NCBI GenBank assembly: GCA_030524745.1
Contig: JAUNGC010000022.1
Coordinates: 1,017-65,016 of the forward strand
Direction of reading: 5' to 3'
Source: Eubacteriales bacterium
Lineage (GTDB): Bacteria > Bacillota > Clostridia > Lachnospirales > Lachnospiraceae
Length of the DNA stretch: 64,000 bases
The notes under the pieces were generated by a model. That model made no database searches. It saw nothing but the letters and a program-made list of their open reading frames with translations, and was not told the DNA's origin. Below, piece after piece: positions 59,062 to 64,000 of the stretch (positions are counted from its first letter, which is position 1; each line of letters begins with the position of its first letter). The translations under genes were made by a program, and so were the position numbers.

Positions 59062-60366
59062 ATGCAAAAAAACATAAAAAATAATGGAAAAGACTGGTAC
59101 CGTCTGGACTTATCAGCCACCGTCTATCCGACGCTGCAGCGCAAGGATTTTTCCTCGGTTTACCGCCTTTCGGTTCTGTTGAAGGAAGAAATCCGCCCGG
59201 ATATTCTGCAAAAGGCCGTCGATATCGCGCTGCGGCGTTTCCCGACCTACAAAGTCGCCATGCGCAAAGGGCTGTTCTGGCGTTATCTGGAGCCAAATGA
59301 CCGCCCGGGCCCGTTTGTACAGCCGGACATCAGGAATTTCTGCATGCCGCTGTCCTTTAAAGGCAACAACCGATACATGATCCGCATCTATTACTACGAC
59401 CGCCGCATTTCCCTGGAAGCGCATCACAGCCTGGGAGACGGCACGGGTGGCATGTATCTGCTGCAGACCATTACAGCCACCTATCTGCGCCTTTTGGGAC
59501 ATACGATCACCAACCGGTACTTCGTCATGGACGTGGCTGAAACGCCGGACAAGGAAGAACTGGAAGACGCTTATATGCGCTACGCAAACGCGTCCGTGCG
59601 CCCCGGCCGCCCCGCTGAAAAGACCTACCGCGTCAGAGGCACCAGGGAACCGTTTCATACCTTTAACGTCATCAACGGCGTTCTTTCCGTGTCGGAAACC
59701 ATGGCCGTTGCCAAAAAATATCATGCGACCGTCACGGAGTATCTGAATGCGGTTCTGTTATATTCCCTGCTTTTGAAGCAGGAGCACGATTTCCATTTCA
59801 GACTCCGCCCGGTGCGGATCGCCATGCCGGTAAATTTGCGCCGGTTTTTTCCTTCCCGGACGCTGCGCAACTTCATCACGATGGTTTACCCGTCCATCGA
59901 TCCGCGGCTCGGCGAATACAGCTTTGAAGAAATTGTCACCCACGTTCACAACTATATGCGCTACTATATCAATGAGAAATTTCTGCGGGGCGACATCACC
60001 ACAAACGCTGCGACAAAACGGAATCCTTTCATCCGTGTGGTACCGCTTTTTATCAAGGATTACGTTGTCCGCCTGTTTTATACGCGGGTGCAGGACAAAA
60101 ATTCATCCGCAGGCCTCACCAACATGGGCGCCATAAAAGTGCCCGACGATATGAAACCGTTCGTCGACCGCTTCGATATTTATATGGGCATGCCCTATTC
60201 CCAGCGGACCAACTGCGCCATCGTCAGTTTTGAAGACACCATGACGATCAACTTTGCCAGTTGTATCATCGAAGCCGACGTGGAACGCCGTTTCTTTAAA
60301 AAACTGGTAGAAGACGGCATCCACGTAAAAATTGAAAGCAACCGGAATTTTACGAAAGAACTTTAA
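59062..60366 (+). CDS. Alcohol acetyltransferase-like (CoA-dependent acyltransferase/condensation fold)
   Basis: HHSLGDG HxxxD motif and PVNLR.FFPS.TLRNF. Confidence 0.8.
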   Translation: MQKNIKNNGKDWYRLDLSATVYPTLQRKDFSSVYRLSVLLKEEIRPDILQKAVDIALRRFPTYKVAMRKGLFWRYLEPNDRPGPFVQPDIRNFCMPLSFKGNNRYMIRIYYYDRRISLEAHHSLGDGTGGMYLLQTITATYLRLLGHTITNRYFVMDVAETPDKEELEDAYMRYANASVRPGRPAEKTYRVRGTREPFHTFNVINGVLSVSETMAVAKKYHATVTEYLNAVLLYSLLLKQEHDFHFRLRPVRIAMPVNLRRFFPSRTLRNFITMVYPSIDPRLGEYSFEEIVTHVHNYMRYYINEKFLRGDITTNAATKRNPFIRVVPLFIKDYVVRLFYTRVQDKNSSAGLTNMGAIKVPDDMKPFVDRFDIYMGMPYSQRTNCAIVSFEDTMTINFASCIIEADVERRFFKKLVEDGIHVKIESNRNFTKEL

Positions 60367-60430
60367 CTTCCTTTTTGCCAATTCAAACTGTAATGAGTTT
60401 TCGGCCGCAACGCGGCAGTCAGGAGAAAAA

Positions 60431-61135
60431 ATGTCCTATTGTGTCAACTGTGGAGTGGAATTGGAGCAGTCCCTGGAACGCTGCCCTCTGTGCAACACTC
60501 CTGTCATCAATCCAAACGAAGTGACCCACACCCATTCCGTCCCTCCCTTCCCGAAGGAAAAGGGACAGGTAGAAGTCGTAAAAAGCCGGGATCTGGCAAT
60601 CCTTTTGTCCGTTTCCCTTTCCGCCGCTTCCATCGTCTGCGGATTGCTGAATCTATTCGTTTTCCAGAGAACCCTCTGGTCCCTGTATGTGATCGGAGCC
60701 TGCGTTGTCATCTGGGTTCTTGCCATTCCGGCCATCATTTATACGAAAATGCCCATCTACATCTCTCTGATATGCGACGGACTGGCAATCGGGCTATATC
60801 AATATATGATCAGCTTTAACACGGCAAACCACGACTGGTTTTTCAAGCTGGCGCTTCCCATCACCGCGCTTGTCACGGTGGCCGCCCTGCTCTTCACGCT
60901 GTTTTTACAAAAAGTCTCTTCCGCCTTTTTGATGACCGCTCTGTATTTCTTCGTGGATCTGGCTTTTCTCTGCGTGGGCATTGAACTTCTAATCGAGCGT
61001 TTTCTTGAGGTCGGCTACCATCTCACCTGGTCGGCGGTGGTATTATCCATCTGCGCCGTCATCGTGATTGCTTTGGTCACCATTCTGTCCCGTGCCAGAC
61101 TGCGCAACGCGGTCAGAAGGCGGCTGCATTTTTAA
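60431..61135 (+). CDS. Zinc-ribbon plus multi-TM membrane protein (DUF6320-like)
   Basis: YCVNCG...CPLC followed by about 6 TM segments. AGGAG RBS. Confidence 0.8.
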   Translation: MSYCVNCGVELEQSLERCPLCNTPVINPNEVTHTHSVPPFPKEKGQVEVVKSRDLAILLSVSLSAASIVCGLLNLFVFQRTLWSLYVIGACVVIWVLAIPAIIYTKMPIYISLICDGLAIGLYQYMISFNTANHDWFFKLALPITALVTVAALLFTLFLQKVSSAFLMTALYFFVDLAFLCVGIELLIERFLEVGYHLTWSAVVLSICAVIVIALVTILSRARLRNAVRRRLHF

Positions 61136-61197
61136 TCCTCGCCGCCCTTTTCCGGAAGCTGCATATGACGGTTCTCTTTACGGTTCGGTTTCCTGTC

Positions 61198-61827
61198 TCA
61201 GCCTGCGTGAGCGGCTTCCGCATCTTCCAGGCTCGCATAACCGTAAAATGCCGTTTCATTGGCGATGATCTGCTTTAACAGATTATCGCCTTTTTCATAG
61301 GCCTCTTCCGTCTCCTTTAAGATCAGTTCCACCGTTCTTTCCGAATAAGTCAGCATTTCTCCTCTCAAATAGCTTTCCGAAGAGGAACCGTCCGCCGCGC
61401 TGTCATCCTGCGTGGTGAACACACGGCCGTTTTGCCTGATATTCGGATAATTTTTCAGCATCCAGCTATCCCACTCCACATGAATCTGCGCCAGCCTGTC
61501 AACCATCGACGCCTTTTTTTCCGAAATTTCGGGCAAATGCGCCCTGATCTGTTCATACTCCTCCGGATAAGTGGTTTCCATCATGCGCCCGTACTTTTCA
61601 AAAATGGGGTTTCTCCCTTCAGCGGCCGCCTGTTTAAGGTCCTCCCAATAGCTTTCCAACACTTCGTCCGAATACACCATCCACTGACTCATGCGCATTT
61701 TAAAAAAAGTGTCGGGATCGTCCTGGCAGGATGCCCTTCCGCCCGTATTATGCACCTGCTGGAAAAAATCCCATTCTGCCGTCGCAATGTCAAAAATCAA
61801 TTGCTCTCTTTTCGTCACTTCTGCCAT
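61198..61827 (-). CDS. DUF4125 family protein
   Basis: EW.FFQ.V.N.GGRASCQDD..TF..MR.SQ and YLRGE..TYS. Confidence 0.82.
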   Translation of the reverse strand: MAEVTKREQLIFDIATAEWDFFQQVHNTGGRASCQDDPDTFFKMRMSQWMVYSDEVLESYWEDLKQAAAEGRNPIFEKYGRMMETTYPEEYEQIRAHLPEISEKKASMVDRLAQIHVEWDSWMLKNYPNIRQNGRVFTTQDDSAADGSSSESYLRGEMLTYSERTVELILKETEEAYEKGDNLLKQIIANETAFYGYASLEDAEAAHAG

Positions 61828-61925
61828 ATCTGTATCCTCCCTTTCAAATTGTTTCCCATTCCATCTGGCAAGGCTCTGCATAAACGCGGAAAAAGCACTC
61901 CGTATTGCCGAAGTGCTTCCCATCG

Positions 61926-62009
61926 TGCAGGAAAAGAGACTTGAACTCTCATGACATTGCTGTCATACGGACCTGAACCGTACGCGTCTGCCAATTCCGC
62001 CATTCCTGC
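61926..62009 (-). tRNA. tRNA-Leu(CAG)
   Basis: TACGG-TTCAGGT-CCGTA anticodon arm, long variable arm, GTTCAAG T-loop. Confidence 0.95.
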
Positions 62010-62034
62010 ATGCAACTGAAAATATGTGATTAAC

Positions 62035-62119
62035 TGCGGAAGATGGGACTTGAACCCACACGAGCGCAATGCTCACAAGATCCTTAGTCTTGCTCGTCTG
62101 CCAGTTCCGACACTTCCGC
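62035..62119 (-). tRNA. tRNA-Leu(AAG)
   Basis: CAAGA-CTAAGGA-TCTTG anticodon arm, long variable arm. Upstream TTGACA-N17-TAATAT. Confidence 0.93.
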
Positions 62120-62207
62120 ATGCGGTTTTCCGCTGCAAGAAGTATATTATCACTTTCCCTTTCCAATGTCAACAAAAACTTGGATATTTTTCTGCATTTT
62201 TTGCCTG

Positions 62208-63284
62208 CTACTCCCCGTCATAAATCTTCACCATCATCACGCGGCTGTGGCCCGCATCATAATGAGACGGCGTGATTGTTCTTGACTCATCCGCTTTAAG
62301 ATCATCCACCTTAGACATGTAGGTGATACCGCCCACATAGGTATCTTCCTCTTCCATATAAAGCTTGTACATGATGCGGACGCAGTCAATATCTTTTCCG
62401 CTTTGGTTGGTAATTCTCAGGCTTCCGTCCTCATTATCTTCCACGGAAACTTTATCCTCCGACATTTCAAAAGATTCCGACAGCGCGCTTGTCCCCTTAC
62501 AGCTTGTGTAGGTCTGATCCTTATAACCGGCTTTATTCTTTTCCTGCACAATAACCGATGCTCCCCGCGGAATCGCGGACGCTTCAAACTCCAGTGTCCC
62601 GCCGTCATAGCCAATGGAAACAGATGTGTACTCCACATCCGCCGTTCCCGTATTCTGCAGCAAAATCGCAGCCACATTAGAAATGTCCGAATCCGTTCCG
62701 TCTTCCAGATAAGTGCCGTCATAACCGGCCAAACGCAATAACACAAGATCAGAACCCGGAATTTTATAGGGCAGAGAAATTTCCCGGTCTTTTTTATTTT
62801 CTTCTGTCTTCTCCCCGTCTGCTTCTCCCGTACCGTACACAGATTCGGTATTTCCGTCGCCCTCTTCCGAAGCTTCTATATTATTTCCTTCAGCGGCTGC
62901 GCCGGAGTGCCCAACCGCGCTCTTCTCACCCGCTTTTTGACTACCTTTTGCACCGGAATTCTGATTTTTTCCGCCGGATGCCGTATTTGCAGAAGAACTC
63001 TGTCCCTCGTTTTCATCGCCGGCATCAGATAAAAATGCCGCGTCTTCCGCTTGTGCCTCCGTTTCACCGGAATTGTCCGCCATACGGCTTTGAACGATAT
63101 TCTGCCCATCCGCGGCTGCACTCTCTTCGTCCTTTTTTTTGCTTCTTCCCACTGTCACACAGACGGCGACAACAATACACAATAACGCGACAGCCGCTAT
63201 CACCGCCGCCGGCATACCGTTGCCTTTTTGCATTCCCGAAACCTTTCCGTGCGCCTTTTGACGGCCGGATTTATGATTTTTCAT
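62208..63284 (-). CDS. Membrane-anchored extracellular protein with a low-complexity stalk
   Basis: N-terminal TM segment, Ser/Gly/Glu/Ala-rich linker and a beta-rich C-terminal domain. Confidence 0.75.
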   Translation of the reverse strand: MKNHKSGRQKAHGKVSGMQKGNGMPAAVIAAVALLCIVVAVCVTVGRSKKKDEESAAADGQNIVQSRMADNSGETEAQAEDAAFLSDAGDENEGQSSSANTASGGKNQNSGAKGSQKAGEKSAVGHSGAAAEGNNIEASEEGDGNTESVYGTGEADGEKTEENKKDREISLPYKIPGSDLVLLRLAGYDGTYLEDGTDSDISNVAAILLQNTGTADVEYTSVSIGYDGGTLEFEASAIPRGASVIVQEKNKAGYKDQTYTSCKGTSALSESFEMSEDKVSVEDNEDGSLRITNQSGKDIDCVRIMYKLYMEEEDTYVGGITYMSKVDDLKADESRTITPSHYDAGHSRVMMVKIYDGE

Positions 63285-63999
63285 CGGACTTCACACTCCT
63301 TTGCAAAATTGTGTCTCTCAGCATTTGAACAGCCGACCGGTCCGGAAGACATTCCATCAGGTACACGGGAACATCCTCTGCCAGCCCTACCAAAATGTCC
63401 ATCGATTTTTCCGTAAAGTCTCTGTCCCAATGATGTATGCTCAACTCCGGATACAGAAAACGGACCGCTTCCGGCGCGCTCAGTAAACGGATGCTGTTAA
63501 CCTGTCCCCGGCGCACAACGATAATGGCCTCAACAGGAACGGTCTCATTGCGGCTGACGGCAGAAGAGCCTGCATAGGGCACTCCCCAGGCCTGCCATTT
63601 TCCGTCCCAAAGCCGCAGCCCTGCTCTGTCATCATTGATGATCTCCGCGCCTTCATAAACAGTCCATAATCCGGCCTGCGTAGACTTTCCAGTCCCGGAA
63701 GGCGCCGAAAACAGTACGCCTTTTTGCTTCCACCGAATAAAGGCGGCGTGCAGCAACAGTCCCCGCCCTTCTAAAAGCAACGCCTCCAGTCCCAGTAAAT
63801 TCAGGATTTGCCGGGAATTGACATCTCCTTCCAGACAGCCTACCGCCAGGCTGCATTGAATTTCGCCGCCGTTTAGCCAGGTCACTTCGGCATAGGGCCG
63901 GTCCGTCCGGGAGCCGGCGTGAAAAACCGTCCGGTTTTCTCCCAGGCGTGTAAAATACTGATAACCTTCCCAAACGCCCTCATCCGGCATTTTGTGCAA
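63271..63999 (-). CDS. HprK-related P-loop kinase (5'-partial)
   Basis: LLHAA...GVLFSAPSGTGKSTQA.LW, INDDR and WGVPYAGSS. Probably extends beyond the window. Confidence 0.75.
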   Translation of the reverse strand: MHKMPDEGVWEGYQYFTRLGENRTVFHAGSRTDRPYAEVTWLNGGEIQCSLAVGCLEGDVNSRQILNLLGLEALLLEGRGLLLHAAFIRWKQKGVLFSAPSGTGKSTQAGLWTVYEGAEIINDDRAGLRLWDGKWQAWGVPYAGSSAVSRNETVPVEAIIVVRRGQVNSIRLLSAPEAVRFLYPELSIHHWDRDFTEKSMDILVGLAEDVPVYLMECLPDRSAVQMLRDTILQRSVKSDEKS

Positions 64000-64000
64000 T

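Noticed and set aside
556-63973. Long antisense or overlapping ORFs in the track (e.g. 556-1413, 3126-3977, 4590-5507, 29098-29937, 52152-53087)
   Set aside because: Shadow frames of well-supported genes on the opposite strand, with no motifs or RBS.

Overview
A 64 kb window of a Lachnospiraceae/Clostridia-like chromosome (visually about 50% GC), mostly core metabolism: adh/aldH, a fused aroK-aroQ, aroE, pheA, ppk1/ppx, pyrBI, the dgt-dnaG-rpoD-trmK block, a zinc-uptake locus, RNase P RNA and three tRNAs (one is Leu-AAG). The main finding is an AT-rich island of about 5.7 kb (about 16,390-22,130, minus strand) that looks like an undescribed RiPP cluster. It contains a sigma-A promoter with a perfect 14-bp palindrome, a YydG/EpeE-type radical SAM peptide epimerase, a cobalamin-dependent radical SAM enzyme, a 96-aa candidate precursor and an ABC exporter. 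The candidate precursor gene is bracketed by a 17-bp RNA-type stem. Just left of the island lies an orphan 3' end homologous to the gene on the island's right side, which marks how the island was acquired. Smaller observations include a 5'-truncated Rpn-family gene with an internal RBS, an un-called 34-aa protein, a repeat-rich linker in AroK-AroQ and a frameshifted SDR. All family assignments come from motif recognition without database searches. Start sites were adjusted by eye using RBS motifs.
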